NCBI GenBank assembly: GCA_031411295.1
Contig: JANOAV010000139.1
Span: 1 to 49,717 of the forward strand
Length of the DNA stretch: 49,717 nt
Origin: Verrucomicrobiales bacterium
GTDB taxonomy: Bacteria > Verrucomicrobiota > Verrucomicrobiia > Verrucomicrobiales > V1-33
Reading direction: 5' to 3'
The translations under genes were made by a program, and so were the position numbers. Every line of letters begins with the position of its first letter. Position 1 is the first letter of the stretch. Shown here piece by piece: positions 18,561 to 28,345 of the stretch. The notes below the pieces were generated by a model. It was not told the origin of the DNA, did no database searches, and saw only the letters and a program-made list of their open reading frames with translations.

Positions 18561-18679
18561 GGGGAATTCCTAGGTAAAAAGTGTTCCCAAAATTTGTGGT
18601 GGTGGTAAAAGTATCCGTGTATTCGTTGATTCCTTCCCCGGAATCACCGCAGATATTCACTTCCCACGTTTCCTTTGCT

Positions 18680-21600
18680 ATGAGATTTTTAACGTTATTT
18701 CTCTTCTTCTTTGCGGTGTCCTTATTTACCGCGTCCTCCCAAACGAACACTGGCACGCTGGTGGTTCCCACCAATGCGACTGCCGAGTGGTTTACCACGG
18801 CTGCCCCGGCGGGCAGCACCACTCCCAACGCTTACCAGGCCCAAGTGACACTGACGTTCGGCGTGCCGAACGTGGCGGTGCTGTTCTGGGGAACTCCGGT
18901 CAGAGAGGGTTCCAATGTCAACGTGACGATCGCTGTGCAGCAGACCACTCCGCCCGCAGGAACCGCCGCTGGCACCAGCACCAGCACTGTCGCCAGTCAT
19001 CTCTATGACCTGGGGGCGTTGCCGCTGGGCACCTACAATTTGCGAATTTTTTCGGGAACGACGTTAGTGCGCTCGCTGCCGTTTACCGCTGCCGAAAATC
19101 CGCCGAGTATTCCAGCCACCGCCACGGTGGTGGTGAATTCCAGTAATGCCGCCAACGTCTCCGCCGCAGTGACTTTGCAATTTTCTCAAGTGGTCGCCAT
19201 GCGAGTGCAACCTGCGGTGTCGATCGATTCCGCCGGACGCTATGTCTTGAAGGCAGTGGCGGATCGGGTTCCTGGCACCAGTGTCACGGCAGTGATTCCT
19301 CCGCCGTTTAATTTAACCTATGCGTTAGGCGCGGTGCCCGCAGGGACAAGGGTGGCGGTGTTCAAACTGAATGGTGTCACCTTAGTGGAGAAAACGTTCG
19401 TCGTTCCCGCAACGGAGCCAGAAATGCGGGTCGGCATTACCTTCAGCAAGAGCGTGACCGCCGCAGGTCTTGCGGTGAAAGCACGGTTGGAGTTTCTTGA
19501 CTTGTATCATGTGCTTACCAACCAAGGGACCGCCGTGCGGACGGGAAATACCTTTGAAGTGCAGGCGACCGCTGCGGCTGTGGCCACGCTGGTGGCTCCC
19601 ACCACGCCGCCGGTATTTGAACCGATTTACAACCTCGGGTTGCTACCGGGCGGAAGCTATCATTTGAACTATTTCATCAATGGTCTCAAGAAAGGTGAGT
19701 ATGATTTCACTGTGGAGGTGACTCCGCCGCCCGCCGCCATCGCTCTGCAAGCGGTAGCGGTGCAACCGGATGGGGCAGGGCAGGTGGCGAATGTTACCCT
19801 TTCCATTGGTTCTCCCGCCACCCAAATCACCAACTGGGGCAGCGCGCTGCGGAACGGGGCCACGTTCACCGCCAATGCCACCAGCACCACCTCGACAGAT
19901 ACCGTCATTCAGGTGGTCCGCACAGAGACCCATGCCTATCCGCTGGGAGTGCTAACGGAGGGGAATTACACTTTTGTGCAGCAGGTGGACGGACGGGAAA
20001 TCGGGCGACGTTCGTTTGTCATCGCTGGCACGCCACAGCCACGGTTCATTTATCTCAAACCACTGAGCACCTCGACCGGATACCAAGTCGAAGCTGCTGT
20101 TTTCCTGCCCACGGGCATGACGGTCATTGATTGGGGCAGCATGAGCCGGGTAGAGAATAGATTTACGGCGGCCCTCACCTTCGGCCCCACGAACGCCACT
20201 CCTGCCGCCGGCACCGCCGCCGGAAGCACGTTGACGCATATCTATCAGTTGGGGAATCTGGAGCGCGGGGTTTATCAAGTGGTCTTACGCAATGCCGACC
20301 TCAGCCTGTTGGGCAGCACTTCCTTCTCGGTGGCCGGGATCGTGCCTCCGCCGCCACCACCGGATGGCATTTACTTGGCGAGCATCAACGCCTTCATTGA
20401 TGGAGGAGCCGTTCGCAGTCAGTTGTCGGTCAATATAACCAACCCAAATTCCACCGTGCTGGACTGGGGCACGCCACTGGTCAGTGGAAATAACGTTTCC
20501 TTCCCCATCACGGTCGGTCCACGGCCCACCACTGCGACTAACGTCGGGGGCACCGCCGCCGCTCCCATCATCGCTGGTCCCCATCTGGAAATGCACACTT
20601 ACAATTTGGGAGCCATCACCGCAGGAAATTACAACTTCATCGTCTCGGCCAATGGCACTGAAATTGGCCGTCGCACCGTCACCGTGGGCCCGGTTACCCC
20701 ACCGCCGCCGCCACCACCGCCCGTCCCTAACGTGGCCTATGTCAAATTCGCTAACACCACTGCCGGTCGCACCGCAGAGGTCGGGATTCTCCTGCCGACC
20801 CCGACTCTGGAAGTCACGGACTGGGGCTCGGTCAATCTAGTGGAGGGGAACAGCAAGGCCCTGAGGGTCTGTGTGACGGTGGGCACCGCCACGCCCATTC
20901 CGCCCACCGATCCCCCAGTGTTGACCGCCGTGGATCCCACCGACCCTGGCCTCATGGCGCTGGCCGATGTCGCCTCCAATACCTCGGCGGGTGCATCTCC
21001 CGTGCGGCTCGCGACCCACGTCTATCAACTCGGAGCGCTCACGCCCGGGACCTATACGTTTACGGTTTGCATCGGAGATCGCAACGTGGTCACCCGCACC
21101 TTCGTGGTGGAGAATACCACTGCGGGAGTTTATGGCTCGCTGCTTCCTTCCAACATCGAAGCGGTGAAAGCGGGCGCCCACGTGCTTCGCCTGCAATTCC
21201 GTTCCTCCAGCGGCATGGCCACCGCCGCCGGGGCCAACGTTACCGTCACTGGCCCCAATGCCTTTAACGCCACCGCCACTTTCAAATCCGAGGCCGTGGT
21301 CTCGATGGATCCTTTGGGGATGATCCTCCAGGCGGACTTTGAGATCTCAACTCCGGATGGATCATGGGATGCCGCCGACAGTGGATCATATCAGGTCACG
21401 GTAGCCCCCGCCTCCGTAACCGACAAGGCCGGGAAATCCCTGTTGAATAGCAGGGTGGGGGAGTTCAACGTCCGCATTTGGCCCACGCTCCCGCCGACCC
21501 CATTACCGGTCACCATCAATGTCGCCCAAGCGGAAGGATCATGGCAGGCAGCGGTCACCATTACTTCAGCGGCCAGCGCCCGCCCTTGGAAAATCAAGTC

Positions 21601-22228
21601 AACCAAACCCGTGCTCACCGTTGGATCGGTGTTGAATTGCTCCGCCGAATTGGAACCGGGGATTGCTGGCACCGATCCGGCTCAACTCGTGCTAACGTAT
21701 AATCTCGGCCCCCTGCCGCCTGGAAATTATCGCGCGGTGTTCAAGAGCAACGTTGGTCATTGCGGGGCTGCGACCTTTATCGTAGCAGGCGAGCAACCAC
21801 CCAGCCCCATTGCCGCATGGCAGCAAATCGCCTTCGCCAATGGTGACTGGAGCAGGCCGGAAATCACGGCCGATTTGGCGGATCCGGATGGGGATGGCCA
21901 TGCTAACATTACCGAATATTGCCTGGGCACCGACCCCATGCATGGAGACGTGCCTGAGTTCCGCCCCAGCGTCGAACGCGATGCCACCGGACAACCCCAC
22001 TTGGTGATTCTCTTCCGCCGCGCTATTGGCACCACTGATGCCCAAGCCACCGTTAAAGTTTCCCGGGATCTCCGCACCTGGCAGTCCGCTGGAACCGACG
22101 TGGAAATAACGGTCCGCAGTCAGGACGTCGATGGCACGGAACTCGTCTGCGCCTGCCAAAAGGCCATTCTGGGTCAAGCCGGATCCTGGCCGTTCATGCG
22201 GTTGGATTTGGAGAAAATCACTCCCTGA
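18680..22228 (+). CDS. Giant secreted protein with about 8 copies of a ~100-aa beta-rich repeat and the shared C-terminal domain
   Basis: Signal peptide MRFLTLFLFFFAVSLFTASS from ATG 18680. Repeated 'WG...R.G......H.Y.LG.L..G.Y' units with poly-Pro linkers. Tail DPDGDGHANITEYCLGTDP...SRDLRTW...FMRL. Confidence 0.85.
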   Translation: MRFLTLFLFFFAVSLFTASSQTNTGTLVVPTNATAEWFTTAAPAGSTTPNAYQAQVTLTFGVPNVAVLFWGTPVREGSNVNVTIAVQQTTPPAGTAAGTSTSTVASHLYDLGALPLGTYNLRIFSGTTLVRSLPFTAAENPPSIPATATVVVNSSNAANVSAAVTLQFSQVVAMRVQPAVSIDSAGRYVLKAVADRVPGTSVTAVIPPPFNLTYALGAVPAGTRVAVFKLNGVTLVEKTFVVPATEPEMRVGITFSKSVTAAGLAVKARLEFLDLYHVLTNQGTAVRTGNTFEVQATAAAVATLVAPTTPPVFEPIYNLGLLPGGSYHLNYFINGLKKGEYDFTVEVTPPPAAIALQAVAVQPDGAGQVANVTLSIGSPATQITNWGSALRNGATFTANATSTTSTDTVIQVVRTETHAYPLGVLTEGNYTFVQQVDGREIGRRSFVIAGTPQPRFIYLKPLSTSTGYQVEAAVFLPTGMTVIDWGSMSRVENRFTAALTFGPTNATPAAGTAAGSTLTHIYQLGNLERGVYQVVLRNADLSLLGSTSFSVAGIVPPPPPPDGIYLASINAFIDGGAVRSQLSVNITNPNSTVLDWGTPLVSGNNVSFPITVGPRPTTATNVGGTAAAPIIAGPHLEMHTYNLGAITAGNYNFIVSANGTEIGRRTVTVGPVTPPPPPPPPVPNVAYVKFANTTAGRTAEVGILLPTPTLEVTDWGSVNLVEGNSKALRVCVTVGTATPIPPTDPPVLTAVDPTDPGLMALADVASNTSAGASPVRLATHVYQLGALTPGTYTFTVCIGDRNVVTRTFVVENTTAGVYGSLLPSNIEAVKAGAHVLRLQFRSSSGMATAAGANVTVTGPNAFNATATFKSEAVVSMDPLGMILQADFEISTPDGSWDAADSGSYQVTVAPASVTDKAGKSLLNSRVGEFNVRIWPTLPPTPLPVTINVAQAEGSWQAAVTITSAASARPWKIKSTKPVLTVGSVLNCSAELEPGIAGTDPAQLVLTYNLGPLPPGNYRAVFKSNVGHCGAATFIVAGEQPPSPIAAWQQIAFANGDWSRPEITADLADPDGDGHANITEYCLGTDPMHGDVPEFRPSVERDATGQPHLVILFRRAIGTTDAQATVKVSRDLRTWQSAGTDVEITVRSQDVDGTELVCACQKAILGQAGSWPFMRLDLEKITP

Positions 22229-22428
22229 GCTTGCCAAAGAGCTTCAGATGAATCTTGGAAATGGCGGTAACGCCAGGCGGCAATGAGCTAATGTTCGCAA
22301 CAAGTGCCCTGCCTGAACCCTAGCATGTTGGCGATTTGAACAGAAGAAAAGGAAGGTAAGGAAGACGATCAAGTCGACTGGGGTATGTAAATTTCAGTAA
22401 CCCGCGTCAATACTTTTCTGAACAATCC

Positions 22429-22462
22429 GTCAGACGCCTAGTGTTGTCAGACGCCCAGTGTT
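22429..22462. repeat. 17-bp tandem direct repeat (2 copies, 1 mismatch)
   Basis: GTCAGACGCCTAGTGTT followed immediately by GTCAGACGCCCAGTGTT, just downstream of the putative immunity gene. Confidence 0.75.
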
Positions 22463-22498
22463 TAGTGATTTGGCACAAGATGACGGCTTTGAGATTGA

Positions 22499-22963
22499 TC
22501 AAAATGGTTGGGGTCCAGGTTTCGTATGCCACGAGGGATCGGGCTTCGTCCGGCAGACGCCAATCATATCCACGAAATCGTCCTTGAAGCGAACAAAAAG
22601 ACCATCATACACGGCTCCTTCGCCTGCATCGAAAAAGGATTCCAACAATACTCCTTCCTTTGCTTCGCCCAGCTGCGCGTTAACCTCGGATCGAGACGAG
22701 CCAATCCCTATGCTAGTATTTTTAATCTTGAACTTCGGATCCAATAACACAATAATTCGAATTCGATTCTCCCCATTCGAAAAAATCATCATTTCGCGGG
22801 ATCTCTCCGAGGGGTGGATTCCGTCTAGAGTATACCCATAAACCCCTATATGTGGCACGACCACCCATTTCGATTTTTGATGCATGGAGAAGGTTAAGAC
22901 AAGAAGTGCAACCAGCAAAATCGCACTTAGATAGTTGATAGCTTTTCTATTCATGCTAGTCAT
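22499..22963 (-). CDS. Small AT-rich exported/membrane protein; putative RHS immunity protein
   Basis: ATG at 22963 (or 22954) gives an N-terminal hydrophobic helix (YLSAILLVALLVLTFSM). Visibly more AT-rich than its flanks, and its start overlaps the stop (22956) of the RHS-remnant frame. Confidence 0.55.
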   Translation of the reverse strand: MTSMNRKAINYLSAILLVALLVLTFSMHQKSKWVVVPHIGVYGYTLDGIHPSERSREMMIFSNGENRIRIIVLLDPKFKIKNTSIGIGSSRSEVNAQLGEAKEGVLLESFFDAGEGAVYDGLFVRFKDDFVDMIGVCRTKPDPSWHTKPGPQPF

Positions 22964-23444
22964 GAATAGATAAAGCAAACCATGGAACGGTTGGCGAAGC
23001 ACCTGTGTCGCGAGACGCACCACTTGGCCACAGATGCCGTTCATTTGGCTTTATTCTGCGCCCTGTCCCCTTTTTTTGGGGGAGCGGCAGACCACTGTCC
23101 TCTAAACGTTCGCATGCCCAGCCTAAGCAGTTTCGTGCCTTGGCATTGCTCATCCCCCAAGCATCGTAAACCGTATAGGCCACATCCGTAGCGCTGGTGC
23201 GTTTGGCAACACGGCGGTGGTAGGCGTCGTAGGTGTAAAGTGTCGGCGTGCCGCTCTTGACGGTGGTGGAGATCAGTTGGTTTTCTCCATCCATCTGCCC
23301 CACAGCGCCATCCCACCACGCTACCGAAGAAGCGCCCGCAAGAGCACTCCCAGAAGTCGCCACGCCATCCCGTTGGTTCACAGCATTCACGGCGTAATCA
23401 TATTTGGAAATGATGGTAGCGCCAACCATATTTTCCTTCACATA
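22956..23444 (-). pseudogene. Collapsed RHS/YD-repeat remnant with a short C-terminal tail
   Basis: The frame reads IISKYDYAVNAVNQR...DGENQLIS...LYTYDAYHRRVAK...VYDAW (YD-type repeats) and jumps straight to NCLGWACERLE... The RHS core signature is missing and it is only about 160 codons. Confidence 0.7.
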
Positions 23445-23476
23445 CGAGCGGATGGCGGCCGTAACTAGGACTGGGG

Positions 23477-24535
23477 TTAGCTGACGCTGACTACATGAAC
23501 CTTGCCAAATGGCTTCCAGACACCCTTCTCTCGATTGGGTTGCCCTGGGGCTGCAGAGAGGTAGAGCGTTTTGCTGTCCGGGGTGAAGTGCGCCCGGGTC
23601 ACGCGGGACTTGGTGTCCAGGGAGGTGATGATTTTCCCATCCCCAGCATTGAAGAGCGCTGTCGTCCACGTGCCTTGGGCTTGGCGACCCGCCATGACAA
23701 AAGCGCTGCCGTCTGGCGTGTGCGTTAGGGCTTCCTGGAGTCCGGTGCCGTGTTCGCCATCACGAATGGCGCTGAGTTTCTCCGGCTTGTCCCGCCAGGA
23801 CCAGCGCTGCCATTGTTGTTTGCCATTGCCAGCCATGGGATCACCCATGGGCCCCATGCCGCAGAGGAGCAGGGAATTGCCGTCCGGAGCAAAGGTAAGG
23901 CCGTAGATCCCACCGCAAAAATGTGGACTCTTGATGATCCCCCAACTGGTGAAATCGGAGGTGGTAAAATTTGCCACACACTTGCTAGTGTTAAGCTCCC
24001 ACACCCGGACTTCACCCATCATGTTGGCGGCTGCCAAATGTTGTCCATCTGGACTGAAGGCCGTGCTGAGGACGGGAGGAAGGTGCTCGAAGGCATGGGT
24101 GAGATCGCCTGTGAGGGTGTCGTAAACTTTGACCGTGGGTTCGCTGGCAGGTGCAGGTTCATACCGTTCCCCGCCAACCAAATATTGTCCACTCACACTA
24201 GCAACGCTCTTGCCATCGGGCGACAGCGCCATCTGCCAGGACCAGAAAGTATGCGCTTGGACCCGGCGGAAGCACGTTTTCTTAACCGTATCGTGCCACA
24301 ACAACTGGCCATCATATCCGGCGGAAATGATCGTCTGACCGTCTGGCAAGACCACACAGCCGGAGGCATAACTACTGTGCCCCTCAGCGAAAACTTTAAC
24401 CGACCCATCCGCGGGATCGATGCGATAAATATAGCCATCCATGCAGGCCGCATAAAGCCGCGAGCCATCGGTCCGCATGGCTAGGCCAAGCACGGCGGTG
24501 GGGAGGGGAAGATCTTTGGTGGGGGTGAGTTTCAT
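23477..24535 (-). CDS. WD40-repeat beta-propeller protein
   Basis: GHSSYASG...SAGYDGQLLWHD, ALSPDG, AFSPDG...VRVWE, FAPDG, FTPDS repeats. 4-bp overlap with the DUF1501 gene. Confidence 0.88.
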   Translation of the reverse strand: MKLTPTKDLPLPTAVLGLAMRTDGSRLYAACMDGYIYRIDPADGSVKVFAEGHSSYASGCVVLPDGQTIISAGYDGQLLWHDTVKKTCFRRVQAHTFWSWQMALSPDGKSVASVSGQYLVGGERYEPAPASEPTVKVYDTLTGDLTHAFEHLPPVLSTAFSPDGQHLAAANMMGEVRVWELNTSKCVANFTTSDFTSWGIIKSPHFCGGIYGLTFAPDGNSLLLCGMGPMGDPMAGNGKQQWQRWSWRDKPEKLSAIRDGEHGTGLQEALTHTPDGSAFVMAGRQAQGTWTTALFNAGDGKIITSLDTKSRVTRAHFTPDSKTLYLSAAPGQPNREKGVWKPFGKVHVVSVS

Positions 24536-25848
24536 GCCAGCAGTTCTTTGATGGGCGGAGCCTGATCTTCCACGCGATGGAAGGTCGGCATGTTCCTTAG
24601 GTCATACTCGGCGTGCGGGTCGATTCCCAGAGCTTGGAAGATGGTGGCGAAGAGATTCTGTTCGTTAAACGACGTGCCATCTGGATCCACGCCGTCCACA
24701 TCCGTGCCGCCGACCACCACGCCGCGCTTGAGTCCGGTGCCAGTCATCATCATGCTCCAGGCATTCGGATAGTGATCCCGTCCACGCGAGGCATTGAGCC
24801 ACGGGGTGCGACCGAATTCGCCCATGGCTACCACTAGCGTATTTTCCAGCATTCCTCGCTCCTGTAAATCCGTCACCACGCAATGCAGCACCCGATCCAA
24901 TTCTGGAACCAGCATTTGATGGATTTCGTGTTGGAACACATGGTTGTCCCAGGGCATGCCGTTGGCCACCATGACGAACGGAGCGCCTTGTTCCAAAAGG
25001 TTCCGCGCCATCAAGGTATGCAGCCCAAAAGTGCCGGGGCCATATCGCAGGCGATCCTTTTCCGGCAACTTGGCAATATCGAACAAGTCCGCTCCCGCCA
25101 TCAGTCCTTTGACTTTTTCAAACACCGCATTCTGGGCTGCAGCCACGTCGCTCCGACGATCCGTTTCGTATTTCTTAGCAAAGAATTTCCGCAAGGCATC
25201 GCGTTCCTCACGATCCTTGCCTAACGCATCGGCGGCTTTGCCCAATTGCGTGTAGCTGCCTCCGAGACGCACCGGAGCGTGTTCCGGCCCCAGCCAACCC
25301 GACAGGTCGCCAGCTTTGTATTCCTTGAATTCATTGCCTTCCGGGTTCGGATCCAGCAAAATAAAATTAGGGATCTTTGTTTCCATGCGTCCCAGGGCCG
25401 CCGATACCGATGCTCCCAGCGTCGGGCGGGTGAAGCCTGCGCGTGCAGGGTTGCCGCGGGTTAGCAAATTGATTGCCTGAAGGTGCTCGGACTGCTTGGT
25501 ATGCATGCAGCGCACGATGTTCATCTGATGCGCGATGCTGGCGCATTTCGGCATGAGCGATGAAAAATGCACCCCAGGAATGGAGGTGGGAATGCTGCCA
25601 AACGGCCCACTACTGGGCCTCCCGGGCTTCGGGTCCCACGTCTCGAACTGACTGGGCGCTCCGCATAGCCATAACAGCAAACATTGCTTCTGCGATTTCT
25701 TGGCGGCCTCCGCCAACACCGGATTCGTGAACAAGCCACCAAAGCTTCCCAATGCGGTTGCCCCCGTGGCGGTTAGTCCTTTTAAAAACAGTCGTCGATG
25801 CAGGACGTGTTCGTCTGGCTTGCAGTGCACGGAGGGGGTGGCGGTCAT
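24532..25848 (-). CDS. DUF1501 domain-containing protein with a Tat signal
   Basis: RRLFLKG twin-arginine; LLWLCGAPSQFETWDPKP, ARNLLEQG, WDNH, GEFGRTP, GRDHYP. Confidence 0.93.
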   Translation of the reverse strand: MTATPSVHCKPDEHVLHRRLFLKGLTATGATALGSFGGLFTNPVLAEAAKKSQKQCLLLWLCGAPSQFETWDPKPGRPSSGPFGSIPTSIPGVHFSSLMPKCASIAHQMNIVRCMHTKQSEHLQAINLLTRGNPARAGFTRPTLGASVSAALGRMETKIPNFILLDPNPEGNEFKEYKAGDLSGWLGPEHAPVRLGGSYTQLGKAADALGKDREERDALRKFFAKKYETDRRSDVAAAQNAVFEKVKGLMAGADLFDIAKLPEKDRLRYGPGTFGLHTLMARNLLEQGAPFVMVANGMPWDNHVFQHEIHQMLVPELDRVLHCVVTDLQERGMLENTLVVAMGEFGRTPWLNASRGRDHYPNAWSMMMTGTGLKRGVVVGGTDVDGVDPDGTSFNEQNLFATIFQALGIDPHAEYDLRNMPTFHRVEDQAPPIKELLA

Positions 25849-25870
25849 GAGTATGGATACGGGTTCCCTG

Positions 25871-26173
25871 TTAAAGGTCTTTTTTCTTAAGCTGCTTCTG
25901 AATCCACACTGGATTGCGTCGGCAATCTAAGACACGACGGACTTGGACCTCCGCATCTTGAATTCGATAATAGATGGCGTAGGGGAATCGGGCGCTTAAG
26001 GCGCGGAAGTAGCCACCTACTCGGCCATGCAAGCCTGCATAAAGGATAAGGGCGTCTATGTCAGAGCAAAGAGAATCCAAGAAATAGTCGCCCACTCCGG
26101 TGGCTTGACGCTCGTAAAAATGATGACCTGATAGCAGATCATCATGCGCGGTCTGCGAAATAACAATCCTCAT
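25871..26173 (-). CDS. Type II toxin, RelE/ParE family
   Basis: MRIVISQTAHDDL...FYERQ..GVGDYF...RFPYAIYY...RVLDCRRNP is typical ParE-like. ATGA overlap with the antitoxin stop. Confidence 0.88.
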   Translation of the reverse strand: MRIVISQTAHDDLLSGHHFYERQATGVGDYFLDSLCSDIDALILYAGLHGRVGGYFRALSARFPYAIYYRIQDAEVQVRRVLDCRRNPVWIQKQLKKKDL

Positions 26174-26385
26174 TGAGTTTTGGAACGGAGGGATTTTTTT
26201 GCCTCTTCCCAATCAAGGAACGAAACCCTTCCTGCAGAAATCTCGACCTCAGTCCGCTCCAACTCAGCAAGGTGCCAGTCTGGAGTCTCGTATCCAATCT
26301 CATCGAAGGTCAAGTCGGTCCAAAGTTCCTCCATGGCACGAAGCTTTTCGAGCTTCGTCATAGTCTTGATTGGCAATGTAGTCAT
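26170..26385 (-). CDS. Addiction-module antitoxin (TIGR02574/PF09720-like)
   Basis: MT..EKLRAMEELW.DL......PDWH..EL......G...F.DWEEAK, directly upstream of the RelE/ParE toxin. Confidence 0.88.
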   Translation of the reverse strand: MTTLPIKTMTKLEKLRAMEELWTDLTFDEIGYETPDWHLAELERTEVEISAGRVSFLDWEEAKKSLRSKTQ

Positions 26386-26482
26386 GATGGGTGGGTAATT
26401 AAGAAGTCGTATATCATTGGAATGTGGCTCATGCCCACCTCCAAACAAGTGCTATTCTTACCGCAGCAACGGGACTGAGATT

Positions 26483-28345
26483 TCAATGATTCGTTAAAAA
26501 TTCTGGGCCGCTGGCCAGCGACCAGAGGAGTTGGCCGATGGCTTCGGTGGCTTGGTCCGGGCGGCTTTGGAGATATTCCACTGCTCGCTGGATTTCATCG
26601 GCATCGGGATCGCGCAGGAGTGCTTGGCGAAAGACCAGACGGGCGCGTTCCTCAAAGGAGGGGATTTGCGCCAGCGCGGTCAACGCAGGATTCGGTGCGA
26701 AGATGCCGCTGAAGGTTTCACTATTCGCGAGAAACATCGCCTGCTGAATGGTGGCCCGGGTGACGCGCGGGAGAAGATCAGGAAACGTTTCCACCATGGT
26801 CTTGCGCAGTTTCTCGTCCGCAGGCGATTGACCGCTGGCAATGCCGGCTGAGCGCGCCATAGCTTCCGCAGTGAGCGGGCGCTCAGCGGCGGAAGCAAAC
26901 GCTTCCGGGGGCAATTCCGTGGCGCTGCGGCCCAGTTGATACGCGGAACTCAGGGCGATGTTCCGGATCACACGTCGCACATCATACCCATGGCTGGCGA
27001 AGTCCTGCGCCAGCCAATCCAAAAGCACCGGATGGCTGGGTGGGTTTTTGGAATTCATTTCATCGACTGGATGCACGATCCCCCGGCCCATCATGAGCGC
27101 CCAGGCATGATTCACGAAGGCGCGTGCCAGCAGGGGATTATTCGTAGTTGCTTCCTTGGCCAAGGCCGAACGACGGGAGAATTTAGGCACCTTAACTACC
27201 GCCTTCGCATCATGATAGCGCTCGTTGGTGTCCTCTTCCTTGGCGGTGGGGTCGGGGCGGGTCTCATCGATGGTTTTACCGGTGAGCATACAGATGATGG
27301 CCGGTTGCGATTCCTTTTTCAGGTTGGTGAAATTGATGAATCCTCCCACCGCTGATTCCGTCACGGCGGGTGGACCTTTCTCGCTGTTCTTACTCCGATT
27401 AAAGGCTGCTACCAGTCCCCAGTAATGGCCCTGTTTAATCTCACGGGCCAGGGGATGGTCGTGGCATTGGGCGCAATCGATGCGCGTGCCGTAAATGACC
27501 GGGGCAATGGCTTCTGCGATCTGCTGGTGCTCGTTCTTTTGTTCGAACAGAAACCACAGTGCGCCCTTGTCCTCTGGCCGCTGCGGCCGGGCTTCGATAA
27601 TGGCGCTGACGACTTCATTCCACGGTCGCCCATGCTTAAATGACGTTTCCAGAAACTCGAACCATCCGTTATCACGCCGCTTGTCCTCCCGCCGCCCATT
27701 GCGACGGCCCAACAGGAGCGCATCCCAGATCTCACGGAAATTCCGCGCGGCCTCATCCGTGGCCAGCAGTCGATCCACCAAAGCAGTCCGTTTGTCAGCA
27801 CTGGCATTGCCTAGAAAATCATTCGTCTCCGCCACGGTCGGAATCCGCCCAATCAGATCCAAGAAAACCCGCCGGAGAAACGTGCGCTCATTCGCGAGGG
27901 GAGCTGGAGTGATGCCAGCAGCCTTCCAATCCGCTTGTAAGATTTCATCAATCGAGTGGAACTCCGCTGCGCTGGCGATGACTTGCGGAGGCGTCGTTGG
28001 CGTTTCGGCTAACGCTATGATCCACTGCCGCAACACCGCAATGTCCTTTTCCTCCAACTGCTTTTTCGGCGGCATGTGGGGATCCGCCCCGACCGCCAAA
28101 TGTTTTAGCAACGGGCTGGACTCCGGCTTCCCTGGCCGCACCACCAAGCCATCCTCGCTGCCTTTCAACACCGCCTCCGGCGTATCCAGCTGCAGCTCAG
28201 CCTTCTGTTCCAGCGGGCCGTGACATTTCACACAATTCTGATCCAGCACCGCCTGCACGTTACTTTTCCACAAGGCCGCCGCATCCCCAGCCAACGCCAA
28301 GGGCGCGGAGGAAAGCAGGAATAGAAAATGGAGGGTGAAACGCAT
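26483..28345 (-). CDS. PSD1/planctomycete cytochrome c protein (PSCyt1 + DUF1549 + DUF1553)
   Basis: Signal peptide from ATG 28345. CVKCHG...PGKPESS.L...MPP; FLRRVFLDLIGRIPT; CAQCHDHP; ARAFVN..W...GRGIV.PVD...PSHP.LLDWLA; EFLTNH end. Confidence 0.92.
   Translation of the reverse strand: MRFTLHFLFLLSSAPLALAGDAAALWKSNVQAVLDQNCVKCHGPLEQKAELQLDTPEAVLKGSEDGLVVRPGKPESSPLLKHLAVGADPHMPPKKQLEEKDIAVLRQWIIALAETPTTPPQVIASAAEFHSIDEILQADWKAAGITPAPLANERTFLRRVFLDLIGRIPTVAETNDFLGNASADKRTALVDRLLATDEAARNFREIWDALLLGRRNGRREDKRRDNGWFEFLETSFKHGRPWNEVVSAIIEARPQRPEDKGALWFLFEQKNEHQQIAEAIAPVIYGTRIDCAQCHDHPLAREIKQGHYWGLVAAFNRSKNSEKGPPAVTESAVGGFINFTNLKKESQPAIICMLTGKTIDETRPDPTAKEEDTNERYHDAKAVVKVPKFSRRSALAKEATTNNPLLARAFVNHAWALMMGRGIVHPVDEMNSKNPPSHPVLLDWLAQDFASHGYDVRRVIRNIALSSAYQLGRSATELPPEAFASAAERPLTAEAMARSAGIASGQSPADEKLRKTMVETFPDLLPRVTRATIQQAMFLANSETFSGIFAPNPALTALAQIPSFEERARLVFRQALLRDPDADEIQRAVEYLQSRPDQATEAIGQLLWSLASGPEFLTNH

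Noticed and set aside
18551..18580. Hairpin TTTACCCTAGG...CCTAGGTAAA over the stop codon of the UDG-like gene
   Set aside because: Weak, bulged stem without a + strand U-tract; not enough to call a terminator.
22336..22425. Purine-rich AACAGAAGAAAAGGAAGGTAAGGAAG tract and a possible IS-end-like sequence
   Set aside because: No partner inverted repeat or transposase in the window; it may be a decayed repeat half but this cannot be supported.
23445..23669. First ~75 codons of the 22956-23669 ORF as part of the RHS gene
   Set aside because: They overlap the WD40 gene in another frame and have no RHS character; only the part below about 23444 looks RHS-like.
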